Shown here in pieces: positions 22,136-30,296 of a DNA stretch of 33,162 nucleotides. Position numbers and translations under genes: made by a program. The notes under the pieces were generated by a model. That model was not told the origin of the DNA, searched no databases, and saw only the letters and a program-made list of their open reading frames with translations. The DNA is taken from assembly GCA_026986085.1 (NCBI GenBank), contig JALSPE010000111.1:1-33162 (forward strand), in the 5' to 3' direction. This stretch comes from Campylobacteraceae bacterium (lineage in GTDB: Bacteria; Campylobacterota; Campylobacteria; Campylobacterales; Sulfurovaceae). Numbering within the stretch: position 1 is the stretch's first letter; each line of letters opens with the position of its first letter.

Positions 22136-23569
22136 ATGAAAACTATAGATAACACAATAAACCATATCGGTTCAAAAATTAAATATTATAGATTACTTAA
22201 TAAAATTTCACTTTCAAAATTGGCTCAAGAGGCAAATATATCAAAATCTACTCTATTTGGTCTTGAAGAGGGTAGATCAAATCCAACTATCTCAACACTA
22301 ATAAATATAGCTACAACATTAAATATATCTTTAAATGAGTTAATTGGTAACAGTATAGATGAGGGTGAAGGTGGCTCAAACTTAACTCTTGTATCAACAC
22401 CAGATGATGAGTTATATAAGCTATACAAATTGACTCTGCTTCCAAATGAGTTATATAGTTTTAATGAGTTACAAGCTGCAAATATAGAAGTAGAGGTGAT
22501 TGATGGTGCTCTATCTCTTATAGATAAATCGGTAACTCTATATTCAGGAGAGAGTATTGTAGTCAATTGCAATCAATATTTTAAAGCGTTAAATAGTGGT
22601 GCTATTGCTATGCTAAAGGTTTACAGATTACAAGATAATATATATATTAAAGAGGATATATTTAACAAACAAGCTTCTAACTCTCTGTTAGATAAAATAA
22701 TAAAACATTCAAGAGATAGATTAATAAGCAGAGCTCTATTTACATCTATAATGCCTATCTCTCAAATAGAAAAAACAGCATATATGAATTATGTAGAGAT
22801 TTTAGCAAATAAGGAGAGTTACTACTATATTTTTAAAAGATATCAAGGTTTAATTGGCAGAATTAAAGAGTATTTATCATTTATAGATAATAAAAATTTA
22901 GATAATTTTAGTAAATTAGAGAGTTTTATAGATAGCGCTGTATATAAAAATAGTTTAAATAAAGAGAGTTACGATTTATTAGATAAAGGTGTAACAGAAG
23001 ATATAAAAGAGTTATTAATAGATGCGACCAAAAGAAGCAAAGAGAGTTTAGATGTAGTAAACTCTATATATAATGTTGAAAAAACAGAGAGTGAGTATAT
23101 ACTGCTAATAGATGATTTAGTAGATTCCCCAGAAAATATTGACAAATTAAGTTTAACAATAGGGCTATATAGAGCGTTAGAGGGGCTATATATTGTAGAT
23201 GATAATCTATTAGACAGTAACGAATTAAAGGTTTATAATATAATAATTAAGTATCTTCCCAAAGCCCTATATTTTGCATATAATGGGTATCTAAATTTAG
23301 CTATAGATACATTAAAGAGATTTAATATGGAGTTTGGAACTCTCAGATTAGAGAGCTTGGAGTCTATATTTATTAATAACTTTATATCTACTGCCGAAAT
23401 TATGAATATCTCATTAACCAATTATAATAGATGTAAATACTTAACTTCTGTAGATAGTGTTGAGTCTATCGCAAAAGATTTAGGCTTAATAGTAGAAGCT
23501 AAGGAGTTTATTTCTCCAGTATTGAGTAGAAGTGGATTGTATCTGTATCTATTTAAAAGAGAGAAATAG
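22136..23569 (+). CDS. XRE-family HTH transcriptional regulator with cupin-like middle region and ~300-aa uncharacterised C-terminal domain
   Basis: aa ~10-70 form a classic HTH_3 (IGSKIKYYRLLNKISLSKLAQEANISKSTLFGLEEGRSNPTISTLINIATTLNISLNELI). aa ~80-165 look beta-rich and cupin-like (VEVIDGALSLIDKSVTLYSGESIVV). The remaining ~310 aa look helical, are Asn/Ile/Leu/Lys/Asp/Glu-rich, and carry no motif I recognise. Confidence 0.75.
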   Translation: MKTIDNTINHIGSKIKYYRLLNKISLSKLAQEANISKSTLFGLEEGRSNPTISTLINIATTLNISLNELIGNSIDEGEGGSNLTLVSTPDDELYKLYKLTLLPNELYSFNELQAANIEVEVIDGALSLIDKSVTLYSGESIVVNCNQYFKALNSGAIAMLKVYRLQDNIYIKEDIFNKQASNSLLDKIIKHSRDRLISRALFTSIMPISQIEKTAYMNYVEILANKESYYYIFKRYQGLIGRIKEYLSFIDNKNLDNFSKLESFIDSAVYKNSLNKESYDLLDKGVTEDIKELLIDATKRSKESLDVVNSIYNVEKTESEYILLIDDLVDSPENIDKLSLTIGLYRALEGLYIVDDNLLDSNELKVYNIIIKYLPKALYFAYNGYLNLAIDTLKRFNMEFGTLRLESLESIFINNFISTAEIMNISLTNYNRCKYLTSVDSVESIAKDLGLIVEAKEFISPVLSRSGLYLYLFKREK

Positions 23570-23602
23570 TATAACCTTTCCCCCTAATTCTAAGTAGTAT
23601 TA

Positions 23603-23624
23603 ACCCAAATTATGCAATAGAAAT
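23603..23624 (+). repeat. Solo copy of the terminal 22 nt of the 25160-25323 palindromic element
   Basis: ACCCAAATTATGCAATAGAAAT is identical to 25160-25181. No partner arm is nearby. Confidence 0.8.
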
Positions 23625-23627
23625 GTA

Positions 23628-23663
23628 TCAGCAAAACACGAATAAATTCGCGTGTCTGTTTTT
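23628..23663. terminator. Bidirectional rho-independent terminator between the convergent XRE-family gene and the fumarase beta gene
   Basis: Hairpin ACACGAATAAATTCGCGTGT (23636-23655) flanked by AAAA on the left and TGTTTTT on the right, so either strand reads stem-loop plus U-tract. It shares the CGAATAAATTCG core with the repeat-family hairpins. Confidence 0.65.
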
Positions 23664-23719
23664 CCTAAAATTATTTTTTTGAATATTTGAGTTTAACTAT
23701 TGTATATCTTTTAAACCTA

Positions 23720-24277
23720 TTAATCTTTAACCTCAAATTGCTCTCTGCCTAGTTGATATAGGTCATTTCCGTAAGTGTCATTAACTACCACAACTGGAAA
23801 CTCTTCTACTGTTAGCTCTCTAACTGCTTCTGGTCCAAGTTCGGGGTATGCAATTACTTTTGCACTCTTTATTTGCTTTCCAAGTAGTGCTCCTGCACCT
23901 CCTGTTGCTCCAAAGTATATGCCACCATACTCTTTACATGCATCTTTTACCTCTTGACTTCTGCCACCTTTTCCAATCATTCCACGGCTTCCGTGTTTTA
24001 GCATTGTAGGAGAGTAGCTATCCATCCTGTAACTTGTTGTTGGTCCAGCACTTCCTATTGGATCACCTGGTTTTGGTGGTGTTGGTCCTACAAAATATAT
24101 TACACTTCCCTTTATTGGAAATGGAAACTCCTCTCCATTTTCTAATAGTTTAACTAATCTTGCATGTGCTGCATCTCTTGCTGTATATATTGTGCCATTT
24201 AAATAGACTACATCTCCAGCTTTTAATTTTCTTGTATCCTCTTCATTTAGAGGTGTATTTAAGTGATACTCTGCCAT
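23720..24277 (-). CDS. Class I (Fe-S) fumarate hydratase, beta subunit (C-terminal domain type)
   Basis: 185 aa Fe-S hydro-lyase beta region (GTIYTARDAAH, GPTTS.RMD, GKGG motifs), paired with the alpha subunit upstream and next to mdh and icd. A tartrate dehydratase role cannot be excluded from sequence alone. Confidence 0.85.
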   Translation of the reverse strand: MAEYHLNTPLNEEDTRKLKAGDVVYLNGTIYTARDAAHARLVKLLENGEEFPFPIKGSVIYFVGPTPPKPGDPIGSAGPTTSYRMDSYSPTMLKHGSRGMIGKGGRSQEVKDACKEYGGIYFGATGGAGALLGKQIKSAKVIAYPELGPEAVRELTVEEFPVVVVNDTYGNDLYQLGREQFEVKD

Positions 24278-24287
24278 TATCCTCTCC

Positions 24288-25139
24288 TTAAATTGTTATA
24301 TGAGTATGTCTTGAGCTATGACATTGAACATTTACAGAAACAGGAAGAGATGCAATATGGCATGGGTTTGCCTCAATATGCACACCAAGAGCTGTTTTTG
24401 TTCCACCCATTCCCATTGCACCAATTCCTAGCTTGTTAATCTCTTCTAATATAATCTCTTCTAACTCTGCCATCTCAGGGTCTGGATTTTTAGTCCCTAA
24501 ATCTCTAAATAGAGCGTGTTTAGAGCTAATACAAGCCTTTTCAAATGTTCCACCAATTCCAACACCTACCGTTATTGGAGGACATGGATTTCCACCTGCA
24601 TCACTGATTACCTCTTTAACATAGTTAATAATTCCCTCTTTACCAGCAGCTGGTGGGAATACTCTAGCGCGACTTACATTTTCGCTACCACCACCTTTTG
24701 CAGCATACTCTATCTCTATTTTATCACCCTCAACAATATCAAAGTGTATAATTGCAGGTAGGTTATAACCAACTGTATCTTTTAGATTAGCACGACTAAA
24801 TGGTTCACAAGTAGATGCTCTTAAGTAGGCATCTGTATAACCTTTTTCTGTGCCTTCATTAATTGCATCTTTCAACAATCCTCCAACTACTCTAACATCT
24901 GCACCAACACGCACAAAAAATACTGCCAAACCAGTATCTTGACAAAGCGGACGCTTCTCATCTCTTGCAATTTTTGCATTCTCTAAAAGTTGCGCAATTA
25001 CCTTTTTGCTAACTTCTGATTTCTCCTCTTTATAAGCTGTTTCTAAATACTCTAATGTATCTTCTGGAAGGTTGGTTGCTGTTGTCATAATCATATTTTT
25101 AACTGCTTCAACTATATCGTTATATTCCACTTCTCTCAT
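24288..25139 (-). CDS. Class I (Fe-S) fumarate hydratase, alpha subunit (N-terminal domain type)
   Basis: 283 aa with CQDTG and GGGSEN motifs and conserved Cys residues of the Fe-S hydro-lyase alpha region. Confidence 0.87.
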   Translation of the reverse strand: MREVEYNDIVEAVKNMIMTTATNLPEDTLEYLETAYKEEKSEVSKKVIAQLLENAKIARDEKRPLCQDTGLAVFFVRVGADVRVVGGLLKDAINEGTEKGYTDAYLRASTCEPFSRANLKDTVGYNLPAIIHFDIVEGDKIEIEYAAKGGGSENVSRARVFPPAAGKEGIINYVKEVISDAGGNPCPPITVGVGIGGTFEKACISSKHALFRDLGTKNPDPEMAELEEIILEEINKLGIGAMGMGGTKTALGVHIEANPCHIASLPVSVNVQCHSSRHTHITI

Positions 25140-25159
25140 ATTTTCTCCTAATTGATTTG

Positions 25160-25323
25160 ACCCAAATTATGCAATAGAAATCACCAAACTATCAATAGTC
25201 ATTGTGCCGTGGGCATTTACAAAAAATCATCGCCTAACCTTTGGGTTAAGCTCAAATTTTTTGCAAACACCCACAACACAAGCACTATCAATAATTTTGG
25301 CAATCCTATTGCATAATCTGGGT
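25160..25323 (-). repeat. ~165-nt imperfect palindrome (MITE/ERIC/Correia-like), predicted long RNA hairpin in the mdh-fumarase intergenic transcript
   Basis: Left arm 25160-25239 pairs with right arm 25244-25323. The outer 18 positions (25160-25177 with 25306-25323) are complementary except for one A/C mismatch. Across the arms, 12 A/C or C/A mismatches on the plus strand become G-U pairs on the minus strand, and there are none of the reverse type. Confidence 0.8.
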
Positions 25324-25364
25324 TTAAGGCTACAAGCTTTTTGCTTTTTTGCAATAAAAAATTT

Positions 25365-26321
25365 TTAATCAAAGAATTTTTTATCTTTAAGCACATCTAT
25401 CATCTCTCTTACTGATGAGACAGAGTGAGCAAATCTACTCTTTTGCTCATCATTTAGTGTCATTTCAAATAACTTCTCTACACCATTAGCTCCAAGTGCA
25501 ACAGGAACACCACTTACCACATCACTATATCCATAGTGTCCATCCAAATATACTGCACAAGGGTGAATTTGTTTTGTATCTTTTAGTATTGCTTCAACCA
25601 TAATTGCTGTAGATTTTGCTGGTGCATAGTATGCTGAGCCAGTCTTTAAATAACCAACAATTTCAGCACCGCCATTTTTTGTTCTCTCTACAATCTCTTC
25701 TATCTCATCTTTGCTTAAAATATCAGATAAAGGAACCCCAGCTACAGTAGAAAATTTTGGCAGTGGCACCATTGTATCACCATGACCACCCATAACACTA
25801 GCTCTTATTTGCCCAGCTCCATATCCAATTTTTTCATAGATAAAATGAGCCATTCTAGCACTATCTAAAATTCCTGCCATTCCAATTACTCTCTCTTTTG
25901 GAAAACCAGACTCTTTAAGTGCAACATATGTCATTACATCAAGTGGATTTGAAACCATTATAATTATAGATTCAGGTGCATATTTTTTAACATCTTGAAT
26001 AACCTCTTTTGTTATTTCAGCATTAATCATAAGAAGGTCATCTCTACTCATTCCCGGTTTTCTTGGGCTTCCTGCTGTAATTACTACAATATCACTATCT
26101 TTCATCTGCTCTGCTTCGTGTGCCACAGTTACAACTGTATGAGTTCTTGCCGCATTTGCAGCTTGAGACATATCTAAAGCCTTTCCCATAGAGATATCTG
26201 GATTTCTATCTCTTAAAACAACTTCGTGGCAAACACCCTTCATAGCTAAAGAGTATGCTACTGTAGCACCAACATTACCTGCACCAATAATTGTTACTTT
26301 TTTACCTCTTTTTCTTTCCAT
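25365..26321 (-). CDS. mdh: Malate dehydrogenase (LDH-like, NAD-dependent)
   Basis: GAGNVG Rossmann motif. [13 protein letters not shown] has Arg at the substrate-discriminating position, typical of MDH rather than LDH. Catalytic GGHGD. Confidence 0.92.
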   Translation of the reverse strand: MERKRGKKVTIIGAGNVGATVAYSLAMKGVCHEVVLRDRNPDISMGKALDMSQAANAARTHTVVTVAHEAEQMKDSDIVVITAGSPRKPGMSRDDLLMINAEITKEVIQDVKKYAPESIIIMVSNPLDVMTYVALKESGFPKERVIGMAGILDSARMAHFIYEKIGYGAGQIRASVMGGHGDTMVPLPKFSTVAGVPLSDILSKDEIEEIVERTKNGGAEIVGYLKTGSAYYAPAKSTAIMVEAILKDTKQIHPCAVYLDGHYGYSDVVSGVPVALGANGVEKLFEMTLNDEQKSRFAHSVSSVREMIDVLKDKKFFD

Positions 26322-26338
26322 CTATGCTCCTTTTTATT

Positions 26339-26419
26339 TGCACTCTAACCTAACAACAAGAGAGTTAAAAGCTCCATAAAGCTCTTAACTCTCTCTTCTT
26401 ATATGTAAGGTTAGAGTTG
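26339..26419 (-). promoter_or_regulatory. Two-tier ~80-nt hairpin in the mdh 5' leader
   Basis: Outer stem GCACTCTAACCT (26339-26350) pairs with AGGTTAGAGTTGC (26407-26419). Inner stem AGAGAGTTAAAAGCT (26358-26372) pairs with AGCTCTTAACTCTCT (26379-26393), 14/15 paired; the single A/C mismatch is G-U on the minus strand. The hairpin ends 7 nt upstream of the mdh AGGAG. Confidence 0.5.
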
Positions 26420-26441
26420 CTGTAGTTTATTTGAGATTATA

Positions 26442-26476
26442 AAATAGAGATAGATAACTATTATCTTTCTCTATTT
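26442..26476 (-). terminator. Rho-independent terminator candidate downstream of icd
   Basis: Stem AAATAGAGATAGATAA / TTATCTTTCTCTATTT with a CTA loop, 16 nt past the icd stop. T-tracts follow on both strands. Confidence 0.65.
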
Positions 26477-26491
26477 TTTCATAATTAATTG

Positions 26492-28672
26492 CTATATTGA
26501 ATCGATAATTTTATTTAGAGTTTCGCTTGGACGCATAGCTTTTTCTGCTTTTGCATCATCAAACATAAAGTATCCACCAGTATCTGCTGGATTACCCTCT
26601 ACTGCTAAAAGCTCTTTTATAATTTGCTCTTCATTATCTTTTAAAGCTTGTGCAACTGGTGCAAATTTAGCTGCTAAATCTTTATCTTCGCTATTAGCTA
26701 AAGCTTCTGCCCAATAGATTGCGTGATAGAAGTGAGATGCTTTATTATCTGGCTCTCCAACTTTTCTGCTAGGCGCTTTATTGTTATCCAAATAGCCCTC
26801 ATTTGCCTTATCTAATGCTTGTGTCATCGCTTCTATTTTTGCATCACTATTTTTATGTGCTTCCATTCTTAAAGATTCAGCTAGAGCTAAAAACTCTCCA
26901 AGAGAATCCCATCTTAAATGGCTCTCTTTTAAGAATTGATCAACATGTTTAGGTGCACTTCCTCCTGCACCAGTTTCAAATAGTCCACCACCAGCTAATA
27001 GAGGAACAATTGATAACATTTTAGCAGATGTTCCAAGTTCTAATATAGGATACATATCCGTTAAGTAATCTCTTAAAACATTACCTGTAACTGCGATAGT
27101 ATTTTTACCCTCTCTTACTCTTTTATTTGTAAATTTAGTAGCAGCTGCAACATCCATAATTTGAATATCTAAACCTTCTGTATCAAATTCTGGTAGATAC
27201 TTTTCTACTTTTTTAATCATTTCAGCATCGTGAGCTCTATTTTTATCTAACCAAAATATTGTTGGAACACCTTCTATTCTTGCTCTTTCAACTGCTAATC
27301 TAATCCAATCTTTTATTGGAATATCTTTAGCTCTACTCATTCTCCAGATATCACCTTTTTCACATTTGAAACTCATTAGCTCTGTTCCATCTTCAGCCGT
27401 AACAGTTACATCTCCAGCTTCTTCTAAAATAAAAGTAGTTGGGTGTGAACCATACTCTTCTGCTTTTTGAGCCATCAATCCAACATTTGCCACAGAACCC
27501 ATTGTAGATACATCAAACTGTCCATTTTCAACACAATCTTTCATCATCTCTTCATAAAATAGACCATAAGATGCATCTGGAATTACAGCAACACACTCTA
27601 GTGCATCACCATTTCTATCCCACTGTTTACCACCTTCTCTAATTACAACAGGCATAGATGCATCAATAATTACATCGTTAGATGCATTAAAGTTTGTTTG
27701 ACCCTTATCGCTATCTACCATTGCAATTTTTGGAGAGTCACTATCTACAACAGCTTGGAATGCAGCTTTTATCTCAGCCTCTTTTTCATGACCTGCTATC
27801 TTCTTCTCTAAATCACTCATTCCTAAGTTTGGATTAACACCAAGCTCTTTAAATGTATCTGCATACTTTTGGAATACATCTTTAAAGAATACCTCAAATG
27901 CGTGACCAAACATAACTGGATCACTAACTTTCATCATTGTAGCTTTAAGATGTATAGACCAAATTACACCCTTCTCTTTTGCCTCTTCTATAGTTTTGGC
28001 AATAAAATCTCTAAGTTTTGCAACCGACATAAAAGTTCCATCTAAAACTTCACCATCAAGTGCTTCTATAGTTGTAAGCTCTTTACCATTTAGTGCGATA
28101 GTTACCTTTTGAGCTTTATCCATAGTAATAGATTTTTCATGCTCATAAAAATCTCCATCACCATTCATATGAGCTACATAAGCTTTTGAGTCATCTGCAA
28201 ATGGCTTAAGTCTGTGTGGATTATTTTGTGCAAATTTTTTAACTGCCTTTGCTGCTCTTCTATCTGAGTTACCCTCTCTTAAAACTGGGTTTACAGCAGA
28301 CCCAAGGCAAACTGCATATTTTGCACGAATTGCTTTTTCTTCTTCATTTTGAGGATCTTCTGGAAAATTTGGTATATCATAACCCTTACCTTGAAGCTCT
28401 GCAATACAATCTTTAAGTTGTCCAACTGAAGCTGAGATATTTGGTAGTTTAATAATATTTGCTTCTGGCTTATTAACTAATTCACCCAATTTTGATAATT
28501 CATCATCTGCAAATCCAAATTGCGATAATACACGAGCTGCAAGTGATATATCACTTTGAGTAATATCTACTCCAGCCTCTTTAATAAAGTTTTTTACTAT
28601 TGGAAATAGTGAATATGTTGCTAATGCTGGAGCTTCGTCGATTTTACTCCATATAATTGTAGGTTTAGACAT
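26492..28672 (-). CDS. icd: Isocitrate dehydrogenase (NADP), monomeric type
   Basis: 726 aa single-chain IDH with the characteristic N-terminus (IIWSKIDEAPALATYSLFPIV) and length of the monomeric family. Confidence 0.95.
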   Translation of the reverse strand: MSKPTIIWSKIDEAPALATYSLFPIVKNFIKEAGVDITQSDISLAARVLSQFGFADDELSKLGELVNKPEANIIKLPNISASVGQLKDCIAELQGKGYDIPNFPEDPQNEEEKAIRAKYAVCLGSAVNPVLREGNSDRRAAKAVKKFAQNNPHRLKPFADDSKAYVAHMNGDGDFYEHEKSITMDKAQKVTIALNGKELTTIEALDGEVLDGTFMSVAKLRDFIAKTIEEAKEKGVIWSIHLKATMMKVSDPVMFGHAFEVFFKDVFQKYADTFKELGVNPNLGMSDLEKKIAGHEKEAEIKAAFQAVVDSDSPKIAMVDSDKGQTNFNASNDVIIDASMPVVIREGGKQWDRNGDALECVAVIPDASYGLFYEEMMKDCVENGQFDVSTMGSVANVGLMAQKAEEYGSHPTTFILEEAGDVTVTAEDGTELMSFKCEKGDIWRMSRAKDIPIKDWIRLAVERARIEGVPTIFWLDKNRAHDAEMIKKVEKYLPEFDTEGLDIQIMDVAAATKFTNKRVREGKNTIAVTGNVLRDYLTDMYPILELGTSAKMLSIVPLLAGGGLFETGAGGSAPKHVDQFLKESHLRWDSLGEFLALAESLRMEAHKNSDAKIEAMTQALDKANEGYLDNNKAPSRKVGEPDNKASHFYHAIYWAEALANSEDKDLAAKFAPVAQALKDNEEQIIKELLAVEGNPADTGGYFMFDDAKAEKAMRPSETLNKIIDSI

Positions 28673-28876
28673 TCTTGATGTTCCTCCGTTAAATTTATTG
28701 TAATTAGAGTTTAACAGCTATTGCCTAAAGTAGCAATTTAAGTAGGAATATTTAGGGTATTTAAAGTTTATATTGTTTCTCTTAGTTACATATTTATACT
28801 ATAAACTAAAAGTGTGTAGTTGAAATATGTTACCTTTTAACTCGAATTATTTTAGTAGCAGTATAGGAGATAATCT

Positions 28877-29278
28877 CTATACTGTATAGGTATTTAAAGG
28901 ATCTTGCAAGGCAACGGCATCAATCTCTACTTTTACTCCAAGAGGAAGAGTCTTAACGGCAACTGTGCTTCTTGCTGGTCTATGTTCTCCAAAATAGTCG
29001 GCATATATCTCATTTACAGTTTTAAAATCTTTCATATCAGAAAGATATATAGTTGTTTTAATCACCATATTCAAAGAGCTTCTAGCAGCTTCCAAAACAG
29101 CTGTTAAATTATTTAATACTTGCCTAGTTTGCCCCTCTATATCTTCACACTTAATTAAACCATCAGTGGTAAGTGCAATTTGACCAGAAGTATATACCAT
29201 CTCATTTGCAATAACTGCCTGAGAGTATGGTCCAATAGCTGCTGGTGCATTATTAGTAGAAACATATTTAATACTCAT
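28877..29278 (-). CDS. ridA: RidA family reactive-intermediate (enamine/imine) deaminase
   Basis: YjgF/RidA motifs (APAAIGPYSQA, VYTSGQI, RPARSTV.V..LP.G..VEIDA). Confidence 0.92.
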   Translation of the reverse strand: MSIKYVSTNNAPAAIGPYSQAVIANEMVYTSGQIALTTDGLIKCEDIEGQTRQVLNNLTAVLEAARSSLNMVIKTTIYLSDMKDFKTVNEIYADYFGEHRPARSTVAVKTLPLGVKVEIDAVALQDPLNTYTV

Positions 29279-29292
29279 TCTTAAATCTCCTT

Positions 29293-29628
29293 TTAATTAT
29301 TTTCATAGAATATATATTGTGTTGAGTAACTAGATACCTCAAAATAGACTTTCTTCTCTCCTGGGTCTTTTTTTAGGTTAAAGTTTTTATCATCATATCC
29401 ATAACCAAATCTGTATGGTCTAGGTTTTCCATCATCAGTTCCAAGTGCTGTTGAGAGCTTATCTATCTTAATAAATCTCTTTACCAATTTATCACCCATA
29501 TAGATATCTAAAACTCCATCTGTTCCAGTAAAGTTTTGGATAGATCGACTAATCTTGTTTTGACTCTCTTGTGTGCAACCTGCAAATATCAAAACACCAA
29601 CGCCTATAACAAAAAGTAACTTTTTCAC
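29293..29628 (-). CDS. Small lipoprotein of unknown function
   Basis: 111 aa with a lipobox (LIFAGC) after a hydrophobic signal peptide. GTG start with AGGAG 8 nt upstream. No recognisable domain. Confidence 0.6.
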   Translation of the reverse strand: MKKLLFVIGVGVLIFAGCTQESQNKISRSIQNFTGTDGVLDIYMGDKLVKRFIKIDKLSTALGTDDGKPRPYRFGYGYDDKNFNLKKDPGEKKVYFEVSSYSTQYIFYENN

Positions 29629-29630
29629 TC

Positions 29631-30296
29631 TTAATCTCCTAATTTAAATTTTTTTATCTCAAAATCACCTTCGCTATTATAGTATAAATAGTGCAAAATG
29701 TCGCTTTTAATTGGCAAATTTAGTAAAAATCTTAGTGCTAAATTTGCTTCAAACGATGCAACCTGCATAACCATAGGTGCGCTAATACCCTTTTGTTTTA
29801 CATCTTTTTTATTAAAAATTGAAAAAGAGCTATCTTTAAATAGACAAACCTGACCATTAAACTCTTCTACACTTCCATAAATCCATGCAATATTTAACTC
29901 TTTAGCGTAATTATCAATCTCTTCTCTAGTCTCTAAATTATCTGTTGCATCAATAATAAGGTCATATCTTGGGCTCTCTTTAATAAACTCATTAAATGGC
30001 ATAGTATATGATTTAGATTTTAAATTGTTATCTCTTCTTGCAATTTTATTCGATACAACTTCAGCTTTTAATCTGCCTATATCTTTTGTATCAAATAGTA
30101 TCTGTCTGTGGATATTGTGTATCTCTACTCTATCAAAATCTACAATATCAATCTCTCCTAATCCAACACCACTTAGAGCCAAAGCAACAGAGCAACCAAG
30201 CCCTCCACTACCAACAATTAGTATAGATTTATCACTTAAACTCTTTTGAGCCTCTTCTCCCCACAACATAATTTGCCTAGAGTAGTAATCTTTCAT
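29631..30296 (-). CDS. ThiF/MoeB/HesA family E1-like adenylyltransferase (short form)
   Basis: YSRQI start, GSGGLG nucleotide loop, DFD.VE..N.HRQ motif, 221 aa with no rhodanese or CxxC zinc module. Confidence 0.85.
   Translation of the reverse strand: MKDYYSRQIMLWGEEAQKSLSDKSILIVGSGGLGCSVALALSGVGLGEIDIVDFDRVEIHNIHRQILFDTKDIGRLKAEVVSNKIARRDNNLKSKSYTMPFNEFIKESPRYDLIIDATDNLETREEIDNYAKELNIAWIYGSVEEFNGQVCLFKDSSFSIFNKKDVKQKGISAPMVMQVASFEANLALRFLLNLPIKSDILHYLYYNSEGDFEIKKFKLGD

Noticed and set aside
22136-23569. Lower GC of the XRE-family gene as evidence of horizontal acquisition.
   Set aside because: Hand counts of 60-nt lines gave ~23-27 percent GC here and ~20 percent in a line of birA, versus ~43 percent in a line of atpD. 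Composition varies too much among core genes to support the claim without a proper computation.
23623-23682. 19-codon ORF (MYQQNTNKFACLFFLKLFF) just downstream of the XRE-family gene, considered as an RRNPP-style signalling propeptide.
   Set aside because: It has no SD sequence and overlaps the terminator hairpin and its U-tract. Most of its sequence is dictated by repeat-derived DNA, so there is no independent support.
28859-28884. 12-bp hairpin (CAGTATAGGAGAT-A-ATCTCTATACTG) overlapping the ridA stop codon, considered as a terminator.
   Set aside because: No U-tract follows it on the minus strand (CTACTAAAATAA). It may still matter for mRNA stability, but I cannot call it a terminator.
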